In this document: piece by piece, positions 1 to 13,695 of the stretch | Layout of the letters: the number at the start of each line of letters is the position of its first letter | Position numbering within the stretch: position 1 is the stretch's first letter | Source of the DNA: Felis catus | Taxonomy: Eukaryota | Assembly: GCF_018350175.1 (NCBI RefSeq) | Contig: NC_058368.1 | Span: 98,644,001 to 98,708,000 of the forward strand | DNA: 64,000 nt | Reading direction: 5' to 3' | Notes under the pieces: model-generated | The model's database searches: none | Told to the model about the DNA's origin: nothing | What the model saw: only the letters and a program-made list of their open reading frames with translations | Made by a program: the position numbers and the translations under genes

Positions 1-285
1 CACAGATTTCTGGATACCTCCTGCTGCCACACAATGCATTGTGTCCCCCATTATCAACATCCCCCACTGGAGTGGTGAATTTCTTAACAACTGATGAAGC
101 TCTACTGACACATCATCATCACCCAAAGTCCACAGTTCATAACATGGCTCCTTCTTGGTGGTGTGCAACTTTGGGTTTGGAAAAATGCATAATGACGCGT
201 ATCCATCTTATGGTATCATACAGAGTATTTTTATGGCCCTAAAAATGTTCCGTGCTCTACTTATGCATCCCTCCCCTAAACCCAA
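1..285 (-). mobile_element. Ancient L1 3' end fragment (L1MC-like)
   Basis: ccccattatcaacatcccccac...catcatcacccaaagtccacagtt...atccatcttatggtatcatacagagt resembles the L1MC 3' UTR in antisense orientation. Confidence 0.7.
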
Positions 286-699
286 CGCCATGGGTACTTT
301 GTTTTAAAGAACTAATTTCATTTGTTTTTCTCATTTCAGAAGCAATAGAGTATATGAATATCATAGAAAGTTTGGAAAAAACTAAAAATTACACAGAAAA
401 TTAAAATTATCTTTAATGTCAAATAGAAATAGATATGTTAAACATTTTGCTATATTTCCTTTCAGTCGTTTTGTATGCATATTTTTAACATAGATGAAGT
501 CATAAAATTATGAAATTTTATGCAGTGATATTTTTTGCTTTCTTAAGGAGTATTAGATCATAATGATTATATAGATCTGCTGTAAGTTACTGTATAAATC
601 CTTTAATGTTGGACATTCTATCAATTTATGAATTTTTGTGATTGTTAAATATCACTAAAAATTTTTAAACTGCTTTGGCAATGAAAACTGCTAAGAGCT

Positions 700-918
700 A
701 GATTTTTACTCTCCGCCTTAGTACTCTTTAAGTATATTTAGTTATATTAAATCTTCTAATACTCAAAACAGGCATATGAGAAAGGTACTACCGTTATGCC
801 ATTTTACAGATAAGAAAACAGAGGCCAGAGATAAGTCACTTGCCCAAGGTCACTTGGGAGACTTCACTGCCAGGCATTTTAGTGCTAGAGCCCCGACATT
901 TAACCACTAAGCTCTATG
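700..918 (-). mobile_element. MIR SINE
   Basis: MIR core in reverse: ccattttacagataagaaaacagaggc...cacttgcccaaggtcac...ttaaccactaagct. Confidence 0.8.
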
Positions 919-1084
919 ACTTTTCCTAATTTGTTGTTGTTGTTGTTGTTGTTTACATTTTCTTAGAAGTCAAGAGTGTAAAAGTGTTTGAGCTTTTGAT
1001 CCATATTAACAGTTTTCCGGGGAATTTTTACAAATTTTTACTCCCAGCAGCACTATATATAGACATTGTTTCTTTTCTTCTTTC

Positions 1085-1487
1085 TTTAGGTAAAATTAAC
1101 ATACAACGTTATATTAGTGCCAGATATACAATGTAATGATTCAACAGTTCTGTAAGTTTCTCAGTGCTCATCAAGATAAATTTACTCTTAATCCCCTTCA
1201 TCTATCTCACCTATCCCCTCACCCTTCTCCCCTCTGGCAACCACTGTGTATTTAAAGAGTGTGTTCTTTTGTTTGTCTTATTTGCTTTCTTTGTTTTTTG
1301 TTCTGTTTCTTAAATTCCACCTATGTGCAAAATCATATGGTATTTGTCTTTCTCTGACTTTTCACTTAGCATCATGAACCTCCAGGTCCGTCCATGTTGC
1401 AAATCACAAGATTTCATTCTTTTTATGGCTGAATAGTATTCCACAGCATATATATCCCACATCTTCTTTATCCACTCATCTATCGGA
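1085..1487 (-). mobile_element. Carnivore L1 3' end, 5'-truncated
   Basis: atcatatggtatttgtctttctctgac...ttcacttagcat...aagatttcattctttttatggctgaatagtattcca is the typical L1 ORF2-end/3'UTR in antisense. Confidence 0.8.
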
Positions 1488-2800
1488 CACTGCTTTTTTA
1501 AATTTTATGTGAAGCTAATAAATCTTTTTATTTTTGTTTTGTAGTTAATTATTAATTTGTGGTAACAGTCATTGGTTTTGTCACTTGGCACTCAATTTTG
1601 GGCACCAGTCTCAAGTCAGAATTAACAGTGAGTTGATTAGACCTTGAAATTTGCATCATCCAAATAAATATGTGCTGCAGAATTAATCTTGGCCTATTTA
1701 GTATTAAAAAATGTTAATAAAATACTACTTAGTTTTTTTTTTATATTATGACAGCAAATAAAGGAGCAACTAATACGGGAGCTTACTGATATATAGTATT
1801 GTGTGCTGCTGTTTCAAATTAATTGGAAAACTTTTATTTTCTTTTGATGCTATCAAACGGTCTCAGAAGGGATGCAGTATCCTTAAGTTTTCTGAGATGT
1901 TTGGAGTTTCATAGCATTCTGCTATGACTGATGAAGAGAAAAGCTTGTTTAACTCTCTACCAGACACAAACTTATTGACCCGACTAAAAGGCCACGTATA
2001 TTTTTATAATTAGATTTCTCATGTTATTTTTGGTGATGTCGATTGTAAGCCACCCCTCTTCCCATGTACATAAGGTATACAAGAAATAACCTTATTCTAA
2101 AATCTTGTTTTTTACCAATATAATATTAATAGAAATGTTTTCATTTTATGCAAAGTTAGTTCATTAGGAAGAACTGCTTTAAACTAAAATTTCCTATAAG
2201 ATCTGGGAACCTAGAGTAAGTGCTTCTTTGGCACTAAGTGCTAGAAAGTAACATTAATTAAAAGGAGGAAATAGACATATCTAGGTAATGTCCCAGCAAA
2301 GCACACTCACAAGGTGGCCTGTCAACTCAGGACAGATGTAGCCTTACATGGCATTTTTATTTTTGAGAATGAAAGAAGATGCAGATTCTAAAGGAAGTGA
2401 GCTTCTAGACCCCGCTCTAGGTAAAAACATTGCCAATTTGAAGACAGAACTTATATTTATGATTTTTGTCTTCTCTCTTGCTGCTTTGCAAATGCTACTT
2501 CAAATTGGCATTTGGGATAAATGCTTACTTGTAGAATAATTGAAGTGAGCCAAATTACATACCTGTGCCCAATGAGTCAGTTATTATCGTGTTTGGCACA
2601 CTATAAACAGATTCTCAGCTACAGATAATGTGCGCCATACTTGCTTAGAGAAAACAAATTTAATGATTTCCAACAGGTTCCCTTCTCTAGTACTACATAA
2701 AAGCTAACAGGTATGTTGGCCTTTATTTGCCTCTTGCCTAGTATCAAATCTCATCCTAAGATTTCCAACTGTATTCATGCTGTGGAAAAATAACAAGTTA

Positions 2801-2807
2801 ATATCTA

Positions 2808-2850
<43 letters not shown>

Positions 2851-2880
2851 ATCTATATATCTATAGATATAGATATATAT
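2801..2880. repeat. (TATC)n/(TA)n microsatellite
   Basis: Direct reading. Confidence 0.95.
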
Positions 2881-2898
2881 CAAACTAATTACCTTGTA

Positions 2899-3045
2899 TC
2901 AGTGATTCTTAATTTTTCCTCCCATATAGCAGAGCCCTTTGAAAGTTGGACAAAATCATGGATATTTCTCCTGGAACAAAAGCTCACAAGAAAATAAGGT
3001 TTCACAGATACTGAGGGAATCTTGGGTAGGTGAGAACAACTCTGG
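2899..3045. mobile_element. Degenerate hAT-Charlie MITE (MER103-like)
   Basis: Starts cagtgattctt; contains gagccctttgaaagt...catggatatttctcc; weak resemblance only. Confidence 0.4.
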
Positions 3046-3246
3046 TGATGAGACAAAACAAATGATTGCTTGTGTGTTTTGTTTTCATTTTTAATTTTCA
3101 GGTAGTTACTTGAAACCCAGCTCCGTAATTTTCAAGATCAAAAGTCCTGGGTATATAAAAAGAAAACAAAAGAAATACTGATGGCTGTAATCTGATGGTT
3201 TTTGTGCCAAGGAGCAAATGGGTAGTTTATCCACAATTTACTTCAG

Positions 3247-3248
<2 letters not shown>

Positions 3249-3292
<44 letters not shown>
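3249..3292. repeat. (CA)n microsatellite
   Basis: Direct reading. Confidence 0.97.
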
Positions 3293-3294
<2 letters not shown>

Positions 3295-4191
3295 CACTAC
3301 TCTCCCCAGAGTATAGAAAGCTTATGTGTCTAAAGGTTATGTGACAGATATATCATACGCAGGACAAAATGTTTCCAGAACTTATTGTAAATTAAGCATA
3401 TTCTCTTAAAATTGGTCCCAAAAAAGTATTTTTCCTTTCCTGCATGACATTATTTCATGAAGTAAGAAAGATTTATTGAATACTTGGTTTATGTAAGACA
3501 CTATGCTGTAGACGATGAAGCATACAATCATGAATAAGCTTAAGGGACTGCACCTGAAGAAGGTCATCTATCATAGGGAACCACCTCTTCCAGTGTGAAA
3601 TAAGGCTCTCTAAAGCAATGTGGAATGTGTAAAGGGCTGTAATGTTAATTCTAGAATGAAGAATGATGGGAGAAACATTCGTGTAACTTACCATTTTAAT
3701 TGATTTCTTTCTGCTAAGAACACTGCTTAGTAAAATGAGTGGTAACTCCTGTAATGATACCTAATAATTTGGGGCTATGAGCACAAGCCTTTCCAATTCA
3801 TACGTTTGTTGCTTGGTTATTCCACGTTAGAACAGTATTCTTGGATATGATGTTAATATATTATAACATCTCAATTCACATTACAAACACCAGAAATCTC
3901 TTTGTGAGACAAATCTCTCCCAGTGTTCTCCATTGCCAAGTAAACATGTATGTGGTTGGAAACAATCAGCAGCCAGTTACTGTTCTCTGTAAAATTTCTT
4001 AAAATAAATAATTAATATTTTACATACATTGGGGCAACCAAACTTATGTTAGTATGTAATTTAAACATTTTAATTAAATTTCAGTAAAACAGCTAAAAAC
4101 TGTGACCATGGCTGAAAAAGCTATCTGGGTAACCATTTCTTTTTTACTTTTGATGATAGTGATAAAACAATAATTGAAAACAACTTGTGAT

Positions 4192-4427
4192 TTTTTTATT
4201 AAAAAAAATTGTTAATGTTTATTTTTGAGAGAGGGAAAGAGAGAGAGAGAGCGAGCTAGCGAATGGGGGAGGAGCAGACAGAGAGGGAGACACAGAATCT
4301 AAAGCAGGCTCCAGGCTCTGAACTGTCAGCACAATGGAGCCCAATGCAGGCCTTGAAGTCACGAACCATGAGATGATGACCTAAGCTGAAGTTGGGCACT
4401 CAACTGATGGAGCCACCCAGGTGTCCC
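4192..4427 (-). mobile_element. Can-SINE
   Basis: tRNA-derived head, (CT)n and A tail in reverse; TSD gaaaa(c/t)aacttgtgat at 4176 and 4429. Confidence 0.95.
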
Positions 4428-4639
4428 AGAAAATAACTTGTGATCTTAAAACTTAAGTATCAGCAATAAGTTTATTCCATTATATAGAATAAAGTTTAAA
4501 TTTTATTATCCTTTGATTGGATAGCTGGATGTTTTTGACAAATATTTGGAATTACGTTTTTTTTTTTTAAATAATAGAAAAATTCTGAGGCTCTGTCATA
4601 CAGGGAGGGTAACATCATGTAGACAGGGAAGTTCTCAGC

Positions 4640-4850
4640 CAGACCAGTTGATTTCATATTGCTCTGCTGTGCAGTATTAGACATGTTTCTTAATGTCACT
4701 CTGACTTCATTTCCTCTTTAAAACAGCAATGGTAATGATAATATTACCTACATCAAAGACTCGGTATAGAGATTGAAAGACTAATTATATATAAATCACT
4801 TTATTAAAAAGTTCTCATGAATAGAGTGAGCACTGTATATGTATCTATAA
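4640..4850 (+). mobile_element. MIR SINE, degenerate
   Basis: ctctgacttcatttcctctttaaaa...ataatattacctacatc resembles the MIR core. Confidence 0.6.
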
Positions 4851-4887
4851 TTATTGTTACTATTCCTTGAATTTGTCTGAGCCTCTT

Positions 4888-5450
4888 TATCCATTTACTC
4901 AACAAATACTTGTTTGGAATCTACTGTATGCCAGGCACTTTTCTTGTTGCTGGGGATATAGTGACCTAGAAAAGAGACAAAATTCCTTCATGGAGCATAC
5001 ACAGAGGTTGGAGAGGGCATGAGGAAGACAGACCAACATAATTGTCAAGCCACGTCAAATACTCAAAATCCACAAGTCCTGTAAAACAAGAGAAGATTAT
5101 AATGGGAAGAGCGGTCACAGAGACGAGGTACAGTTTTAAATAGGATGGTCCAGAATAAGCCTGGCTGAGAAACACACATGACGATGTCAGAGGAAAAGCT
5201 TGAAGGTGAAGGAATATCCTGTGTGTATATGTAGGGGAGCCCTTCTCCAGGTGGAGGGAACTGCAGTCCCAGGCCCTCAAGGGAAGCATGTGTGCTGGGT
5301 ATTTGCAGAAGAACAAGGACGCCACTGTGTCAGGAGCGTATGTGCAGGCATCAGAGGGACACAGAGCAACATGTCTGAGGATTAACACTCTTGGAGTCAG
5401 ATGGGGGCTTTGTACTTTTGATCAGAAGAGTGACTGGATCTGATCTATTT
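4888..5450 (-). mobile_element. L2 LINE 3' fragment
   Basis: ccatttactcaacaaatactt...ctactgtatgccaggcact is the L2 3' end in antisense. Confidence 0.8.
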
Positions 5451-5483
5451 CCATGTTTTCCTCTTTACCTTTAATCTCTAGTT

Positions 5484-5698
5484 CAGGCTTCCTCAAACAA
5501 GGCTTTATTGACATTTGGGGAAGAAAATTCTCTGGTGTTGAAGGCTGTCCTATGCATCGTAGGATATTTAGTAGCACCTCTGGCCTCTACTAACTAGATG
5601 CAACCAAACATGTCCGTGTGAGAACTAAAGATGTTCCTAGACTTTCCAAATGTCTCTTGAGGCGGTGGAGGAGGAGTCATTGTGGTTGAGAATGATTG
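5484..5698 (-). mobile_element. MER20 hAT-Charlie MITE
   Basis: tattgacatttgggg...ggctgtcctatgcatcgtaggatatttag...ctctggcctctac...ctagatgc...ggttgagaa matches recalled MER20 in reverse. Confidence 0.85.
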
Positions 5699-5904
5699 CT
5701 TTAGCTCTGCCTTCTTATTCCCTGTTACTTAATACTGCTTTTTATTTATTTATGCTCTTACTTGGTGTTTATCCTTCAAGCATTGGGACTTTGTGTTTCT
5801 TTCCTATCTTGTATTCTCTTTCTCACCTTTTTAATGAACCATTATGTCTGTTTTTTTCCCCCTAAATTTACCTGATTCTTTTTTCCTTCCCTGAACTTAC
5901 TTTT

Positions 5905-6110
5905 ATTTATTTATTTATTTATTTTTATAAAGTTTGTTTATTTTGAGAGAGAGGGTATGAACAGGGGAGGGGCAGAGAGAGAATCTCAAGCAGGCTCCAC
6001 ACCGTCAGCATGGAACCTCATGTGGGGCTCAAACCAATGAACTGTAAGATCATGACCTGAGCTGAAACCAAGAGTCAGACACTTAACCAACTGAACCACC
6101 CAGGCGCCCC
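5905..6110 (-). mobile_element. Can-SINE
   Basis: Ends ccacccaggcgcccc; degenerate TSD ctgaacttactttt/ctgagcctactttt. Confidence 0.95.
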
Positions 6111-6483
6111 TCACTGAGCCTACTTTTAAAAGGCACATTCTCATTTCCATTCATCACTTCCCCCTATCTCATTTTCCATTCTTCACAAAGAAAAATTAAC
6201 CTGATGAATTTGAAGCAATTGAACGGCATGTCTATTTTACAATTTGGGGAAAGGAAGAGAGACTCAGAAGGGACAATGGCAGTGGCCAAGGCTAAGTGCT
6301 CCTATTCTTGCCACTCATAGTTCCCGAGGGAGGTCAATAGCAACCTGGACTGGAAGGAGGGGCTCTTCACCTCAACTGTCAACGTGTTTAGACTTCTGCT
6401 GCCTGTTCCACTTCTATAGAAATAGGAGGGGTTTGAATGGTGTCTCAGCTCTGGGGTATAGCACAGGTTACAGAATAAATACG

Positions 6484-6558
6484 GTGATGGTGATGATGAT
6501 GATGGTGAAGGAGGAGAAGGAAGAGAAGGAGGAGAATGAGAAGAACAAGAACAAGAAC
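6484..6558. repeat. Purine-rich low-complexity run (TGA/GGA/GAA triplets)
   Basis: Direct reading. Confidence 0.8.
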
Positions 6559-6989
6559 GTGACTGACATCTGTTCAGGTACCAGGAGCTGTTCTGAGTTA
6601 ATTCATTGAATCACCCTCATTAGTTAACCTGTGAGGCTATTACAAGGTTATTATGAGGTTGCTCTATGTATGGAGAAGCTGAGACAGAGAGGTTCATTCA
6701 TGGAGAGCAAATGGTGGAGTTGGACTTTGACTATTTCTCCCTTTAAACCATCGTCCATCATCAGCTCCTCACTTTCCAGCAGGAACACAATTTCTCTTCT
6801 GTGATCGGGTTTTTAACTTCAGTATCATCTCTTTTTCCTTTCCTTCCTCCTCTCCCTTCTCTACTTCATCTCTCGCTTTCCACTTTCTTGTTCTTCCCTT
6901 CTGTCTCCTCCTCTTTGCTTCCACATTTTTTTGTTCCCTTCTTTTTCCTTTGGTTTCTGACCAACTTCTTTGCTATAACCCAAGGTCTT

Positions 6990-7200
6990 ACTCATTTATT
7001 CATCAGTTTTCTTTGAATGCCTACTCTAAGCAAGGCAATGGAAATAACATAGTAAGCAACGTATGCATGACCCCTCCCATGTGGAACTTACATGTTAGTG
7101 GGGGGCCGTCATTTCAAATGAAGACAGAACTAATATTTATTAAGGAGCATCAAGGGCACAGAGAGAGAAAAGCACATGATGCAACAAGAGCATAACATCA
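6990..7200 (-). mobile_element. L2 fragment
   Basis: ctcatttattcatcagttttctttgaatgcctactctaagcaaggca resembles the L2 3' end in antisense. Confidence 0.55.
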
Positions 7201-7761
7201 CTGATGAGTCTTGTATATTTTTGCTAAACAGGGGATTTCACATTGGCTGCTGCCTTCCTTCCCACGGCCACCTCTCTAATCCCCTTGTGGTAAACTTCAT
7301 GGATGATGTTTTAATAGCCCTACCACTAATCTCTCTCCTTTGTTCTCTGCCAATTCATCCTCTAAACACAGGCGAGATTAATCTTCTTAATGTGCTGCTT
7401 TCTTCGGGCCACTCCCCTGCTTAAAAGATCGTACGCTATCCTCCTGATACTTAAAATGTCAAATGAACAAACCCAGCCTCCCAGCTTGACATCAGGGCCC
7501 CATGTTTCCTATTTGGCTTTATCTCTGGCTTCCCTTCAGTGGGTAACTGGGATGGAGTAACCATCCCTGACAATCATGACACCATCTCAATTTTTTACCT
7601 GACTTGCATTCTGTAGTCCTCATGTTTCGAGTCACTGTGTCACTGCTTTGCATCTGCTGGTGTTGTTAACGACTCTTCCTTATTTGTGCCTTTTTCAAAA
7701 GATCTAGTAATTTTTTTCTCTTTTAATTACTAACCATGTCATCTTCAGTAAAGCATTTTTA

Positions 7762-7887
7762 GGGGCATCTGGGTGGCTCAGTCGGTTAAGTGTCTGATTT
7801 CAGCCCAGGTCATGATCTCACGTTGTGGGTTTGAGCCCTGCATTGGACTCTGTGCTGACAGCTCAGAGCCTGGAGCCTGCTTCAGAT

Positions 7888-7927
<40 letters not shown>

Positions 7928-7980
7928 ATTCCCCCTCATATCAAAAATAAATAAAAATTAAAAATATTTTTAAATTAAAA
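7762..7980 (+). mobile_element. Can-SINE
   Basis: ggggcatctgggtggctcagtcggttaag head, (CT)n, A tail; TSD aaa(g/a)cattttta. Confidence 0.95.
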
Positions 7981-8399
7981 AAAACATTTTTAAAGTCTCA
8001 CTCTTGTTGTCTGTTGAGAAATTTGAACTTGAGGGTCCATTTCCCAGTAATGCTTATTAAAGGTGTTAAGGGTTGAAAGCCAGTCATTCCACATATGCAG
8101 GAGAGCCTGCTTCTGATTATCTACTCAAGAAAATCATTAAGAATCTTCCACATCTCTTCTATACCTTCACTTTTTCACTCTGGTCCAGAGGATTCCCCTC
8201 GGCATACAAATGAAAATAAAGATGATAGTACAATCCTTTCCTGACCTGACTCGCCCTGAAAATTACCATCCTAATTCCTAGTTCCCCTTTACAAAACCTG
8301 AGGAGTCTTCTCTTCTTACTATCACCTCTTTGTCTAAACTCAGGCTGTTATTGTCTAAATTCAGGCTGATCAGACATATGCTGTAACCACTGGACCACA

Positions 8400-8900
8400 C
8401 CTGCCTCTGTGTAGGTTGTCAGTGAATCCTCATTTAATCATACTTGATTTCGAATCCTCACTTTATTTAATCTATTGGCAGCATTTGACAGTCTCCTTAA
8501 TATTCTGTCTTCACTTGGCTTGAAGAAAGCTATGCTTTTCTCACCTGATTTTCCTTTTTCTGTTACCTTTACTTATTCCTCCTCTCAGATATCTGAATAC
8601 AAATTTTGATCCTCTTTTGAAAAACAAAAAACAAAAAAACTATTTACACTCTTCTTCTTGGTGTTTGTATTCACTCTTGGTTAAATTCCATGTACAGGTC
8701 CATGATTTCCAAATTCGTATTCCAAATTCCTGAAGCAATAGCTGTCATGTGAGCTGTGCTCATTTAGCAAATTAATGAATAACTGGATCCCTTCAGACTC
8801 TTTTTCCATCAAAGTTCTCACAGACCCAACCATTCCCTTTACTTTCCACTGCATATCTACTAGTTCCAAAGAAGCGAGTTTATAGTAGATGCTTATTAAA
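8400..8900 (+). mobile_element. L2 LINE fragment
   Basis: ggcagcatttgacag...tcttcacttggctt typical of L2 internal sequence. Confidence 0.55.
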
Positions 8901-9124
8901 CAACTTCTGCATGGATTTTTTCATCTTCCAATTACATGTGCTTATAGTTGGTAGGTTGGCTGGAGGGAGCTTTTGTTTCCCCTCCTTTGATTTCAGAATC
9001 TACTTAACCACACTAAATACATCTCATTCAACTCAACCCACATTCTTAACTTTTGAAATGAACAAAGGACCTCCCAGTAATAGCATATACAGTGAATGCT
9101 TACTTTGTGTGAGGCAGGCTATTA

Positions 9125-9316
9125 AAAAAAATGTTTTTTTAAGTTTATTTATTTAGAGGGGGGTAGGGAGGGACAGAGAAGAGAGAGAATCCCAAGTAGG
9201 TTCCACACTGTCAGTGCAGAGCCTGACATGGGGCTCAGTCCCACAAACCGTGACATCATGACCTGAGCCAAAATCAAGAGTTGGATGCTTAGCTTACTGA
9301 GCCACCCAGGCACCCC
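9125..9316 (-). mobile_element. Can-SINE
   Basis: Ends gagccacccaggcacccc. Confidence 0.95.
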
Positions 9317-10574
9317 GAGTGTTAAAAAAATATGAATTCCTCAAGTCTTCATGCTTCTAACCACCCAACCTTTGGTTCCATCTTATCCCTCCCAAACGGA
9401 AACTCTGGAGACACCTTGTCTCTATAAAACCCTAAATGAAGTGTAACCTCTGGGCTTCACCACCAGATAAAAGTCTGGCTCTGATTTGAAAGTGCCCATT
9501 ATTCCCTTAGGCTCAGAGATGTCATTTTAAACTCTTTGAAGTGCTTCAGATATAATTCTGCTCTCTTCTAAAAGAATATGTAGATTAAAATGAGAAAGTA
9601 TGTCTACTTTTTGCAGCATTCACTGTGTTTTGCTGCTTTTTGAATATTGTGTACCTTTCTTCCCAAGAGGCATTTATAAATTTTAAATTAACTGGAAAAT
9701 CACATAGAAAAAGGGATAATTGATACTGTTTAAAAACATTTTAATCATTCTACCATGTCCATAAGAAATAAGCCAGCAGTTTGTTGCAAAGACCCAATAT
9801 TATGTAAAACACCCAAGAACTAGGTAATATCAGTATTTGGCTTCTTCTTCTTCTTTTTCTTTTATGTACTCCCTCTAGTGTTCAAAAGTATGAGTACTTA
9901 AAATTAGCCTATTGAGATACTGAAGGATGCACATTAATGTAGAAATAGGGCCTTCTTAACGTTGTTATTGTTGTTGTTGTTGTTGTTATTTTGTGCAGGA
10001 GGTTATATTGTCCAGTTACTGAACTTTCAATGTATTATATAAAAAACATATTCCCTCTTCCACTTTCCTGTGGCGATCTGGTCTTGTCTGTTTTTTCATG
10101 TGTGTATTTTCAGTCTATCTGCTTCAATGAAGGGAGAATGTTGAACATCTTGGATTCCATCTTTAAAGACAAGACCATATTGAAAAATTGTCTTCAATTT
10201 TAAAACTAAACTCTAGGTTTCAGTTGGGCAATTTGGATATGAACAGAAACCTTTTCACATGCTAAATACAAAGTGAAAAAGAAAACCTATATGAACTAGA
10301 GAAATGTGTTTGTACATAGAAATTAAAATATTTAAATAGTTGACATCAGATTTCTTTAATATATTGAAATATTATGTAAATGCAATGGTTTTACACTACC
10401 TTAAGAAATAACCACAATATCCCTAGGAGTAACAAATGAGTGAAAAGAAGTGATATATATTATTGTCATTTACTATAAAATATTAATGATTTCTTAACAC
10501 ATATAGAAAATAAGATAATTAAATTATTACTATTTGTCAAGTTTTAAAAATCAGAGACTCTTGTTTGAAGTTAA

Positions 10575-10799
10575 TTTTTTTTTCAATTTTTATTTTAATG
10601 TTTTTATTTATTTTTGAGACAAAGAGAGACAGAGCATGAGCAGGGGAGGGGCAAAAAGAGAGGGAGACAGAATCCGAAGCAGGCTTCAGACACTGAGCTG
10701 TCAGCACAGAGCCCAACACGGGGCTCAAACCCACGGACTGTGAGATTATGACCTGAGCTGAAGTCGGACGCTCAACTGACTGAGCCACCCAGGTGCCTC
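10575..10799 (-). mobile_element. Can-SINE
   Basis: Full SINE; TSD tgaagttaat. Confidence 0.95.
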
Positions 10800-11460
10800 T
10801 GAAGTTAATCTTTCTAAATTACGTATAATTATGTCACTTATATTTGGTTAACGCCCTCCAGTCATTAAAGTACTTTGATACCTACTATTTCAGTTACTCA
10901 TCATCATATGATGTAAAAAAATAGACTAAGTTACTTTTAGTGACTCTAGAGATACTGTTTTCTGTCTACTCTTTGGAATTTATGTTCAATACTTGAGCCT
11001 TGTTCATACCAGGCTATCTTGTATGCCCTCGAGGACTTAACTTTTTTTTTTTTTAATATGTTGAATAACATGGCACAACATACCTCTTTGGGGTTGTTTC
11101 ATTACAGACAATGTGCACCACATTGAGAGCTTAACATCTCCTTCCTGAAGTCACAAATACTTATAATGTCTAATGAATTCCATTGCTCACCAGTAAGTAG
11201 CCTTTTAGGTTACCTGGGTTCTCATAGTCTCCGTATTGAATACTGGGTTGGCCAGTAACACTTCTAGGGTATTTTTTCGTAGGGGTTGGGGGGAGGGATA
11301 GTTATCAAAAAACTGTCCAAATTCTTATCCATAATGCCTTTATTTTTGTCATTTCACTAAAAAGTGGTCATATCTTGTATAGTGATAATTTATTTATTAC
11401 CAAACACAGTAAACTCCTATGTTGTCATATTTAGCTCTTTCTTAGATTTGAAATGTTTCT

Positions 11461-11681
11461 GGGGTGCCTGGGTGGCTCGGTTGATTAAGTGTCCTACTTC
11501 AGCTCAGGTCATGATCTCATGGTTTGTGAGTTCAAGCCCTGTGTCCGGCTTTGTGCTGACAGCTCAGAGCCTGGAGCCTGCTTGGGAGTCTGTGCCTCCC
11601 TCTTTCTCTGTCTATCCCCTGCTCGTGCTCTGTCGCTCTCTGTCTCTCAAAATTAAATATAAATGTTAAAATTAAAAAACA
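11461..11681 (+). mobile_element. Can-SINE
   Basis: Perfect 15-bp TSD atttgaaatgtttct at 11446 and 11682. Confidence 0.96.
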
Positions 11682-12282
11682 ATTTGAAATGTTTCTAACA
11701 ATATGATATTATTATTAGTTCTTGATCTTGTGACTTCTTTCCTCAGGAAAATTAATAAAGAAAAAGAAATTTAATGAAGAATTGATACCTGAACATAGTT
11801 GCGTAGTTGCATAGAGAAAAGAAAAACAGAGCAAGGGTTATCATTCAATGGAAAATATAACAAAAAACTTGTGATGTTAAGAGTTACGTAATTATTGTTA
11901 TAATATTTAGTGAACTTGAAGGTAGACTGTTATTACTAAGTTGACACAGAATGATGATTGTTTTAAATTATGAAGAAATCTAAACCAGTTGGGTATTTTT
12001 TAGTCATAAAATTGGATCTCATTTGCAATTATAATACGAAATTGTCTTGTTTCATGCTATTACTAACAGTAAAGATATGAGGGCTGATTGAATTCATGTC
12101 TTCAAATTCCTCCTCTAAGCCACCCTGTATAGTACTCCTCAACTTAACATTGATCTCAAGTATGTTTCAGCCATAAAGTACATAGCAGACACCACTTTAG
12201 CTGACTTACTTCCCTTTGTTATTTGTTAATTTTCAAGATACTTTAAACACACTTTACCAGCCTTTTAAAATACATCATTATA

Positions 12283-12480
12283 GGGGCGCCTGGGTGGCTC
12301 AGTTGGTTGGGCGTCCGACTTCGGCTCAGGTCATGATCTTGTGGTCCATGAGTTCCAGCCCCGCGTTGGGCTCTGTGCTGATGGCTCAGAGCCTGGAGCC
12401 TGTTTCAGATTCTGTGTCTCCCTCTCTCTCTGACCCTCCCCCGTTCATGCTCTTTCTCTGTCTCAAAAATAAATAAACGT

Positions 12481-12525
<45 letters not shown>

Positions 12526-12527
12526 AA
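12283..12527 (+). mobile_element. Can-SINE with (TAAA)n tail
   Basis: TSD aaaatacatcattata at 12267 and 12528. Confidence 0.96.
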
Positions 12528-12660
12528 AAAATACATCATTATAGATACTTTCCATTATTAGTATAGGAGAAGTATTTAGTACATATGTATGCATGATAAC
12601 ATTGTGTAGGAAGTCTTTGGTAGACTGTTTTTTGAAAGTAGAGTTAAAAATGTTAATACA

Positions 12661-12874
12661 GGGGCGCCTGGGTGGCGCAGTCGGTTAAGCGTCCGACTTC
12701 AACCAGGTCACGATCTCGCGGTCCGTGAGTTTGAGCCCCGCGTCAGGCTCTGGGCTGATGGCTCAGAGCCTGGAGCCTGTTTCCGATTCTGTGTCTTCCT
12801 CTCTCTCTGCCCCTCCCCCGTTCATGCTCTGTCTCTCTCTGTCCCAAAAATAAATAAACGTTGAAAAAAAATTA
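12661..12874 (+). mobile_element. Young felid-type Can-SINE
   Basis: CpG-rich ggcgcagtcggttaagcgtccg...cacgatctcgcggtccgtgag; perfect TSD aaaaatgttaataca at 12646 and 12875. Confidence 0.97.
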
Positions 12875-13695
12875 AAAAATGTTAATACATTAATATTTTC
12901 CCTATAAATTATAGAAAGCATATTAATTTTATAATGTAGGTAGGAAGTGATGCATTAACATTGCTGGGAATATAATTAAAAAATAAGATGGTTCTGTAAA
13001 TTTAAGAAAAGCTTCTTAAAGAAGTGTTACTTCCATGCACAGAATTTGGCTGGGGAAAAAAGGAGTTAAAATTTTGTATTCTTACACAATTAAGTGAAAT
13101 TTATACCAGTTTGCCTCGAATATTTCTTTTCCAAAATAAATTTTGAAATCGTCTAATGATTATTCAAATAGGTTTTCCTACTCAAATAGGTTTTCATTAC
13201 TAAAGAGAACCAAGAAATATCCGTATTTGATTTAATATGTGATCTGTCATTCTAACAAAAAAGTGAGTAATGGCTCATTTTTTTGTGTATTGCTGTAACT
13301 GCCATAATTTTAGTATATTTTAAAATGAAATTTAGCAAGGGAACAGAAATTAGATATAATTATCTAATAAGAAAATTGCCATCCTTTTTTAATGAGCAGA
13401 TTCTCCACCAGGCATTTTCTTCTTTACAATACAGATGTATGCTCTATGAGAGTAAGGGCCTTGTATGGATTTTATATTACTTTACTTTATTGGTTTAAAA
13501 GAGCAGCTCCTATCAGGTAGTAGCCTAGCAAAGTATATTTAATGAATACCTATAAAAGTAAAGTGTAATAACAGTTGTTTCTTGATAAGTATATAGAGCT
13601 ATAAAGAGTGAATAAGGAATTTTCAGTATCTGAACATCTATAATTTAAGTCTAGTATCAAGTCTCTTTGCATTGCTGTATTTCAGAATCCAGCTA

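Noticed and set aside
1915..1995. Open stretch HSAMTDEEKSLFNSLPDTNLLTRLKGH after catag
   Set aside because: Weak acceptor and donor (gtatat) and unrecognised peptide
3102..3150. Strong acceptor ttttaattttcag
   Set aside because: No convincing downstream donor
9991..10203. 70-codon ORF following a ttgtgcag acceptor
   Set aside because: No recognisable homology and no other support as a terminal exon
12283..12360. tRNA-like A/B box sequences
   Set aside because: They are SINE heads derived from tRNA, not tRNA genes
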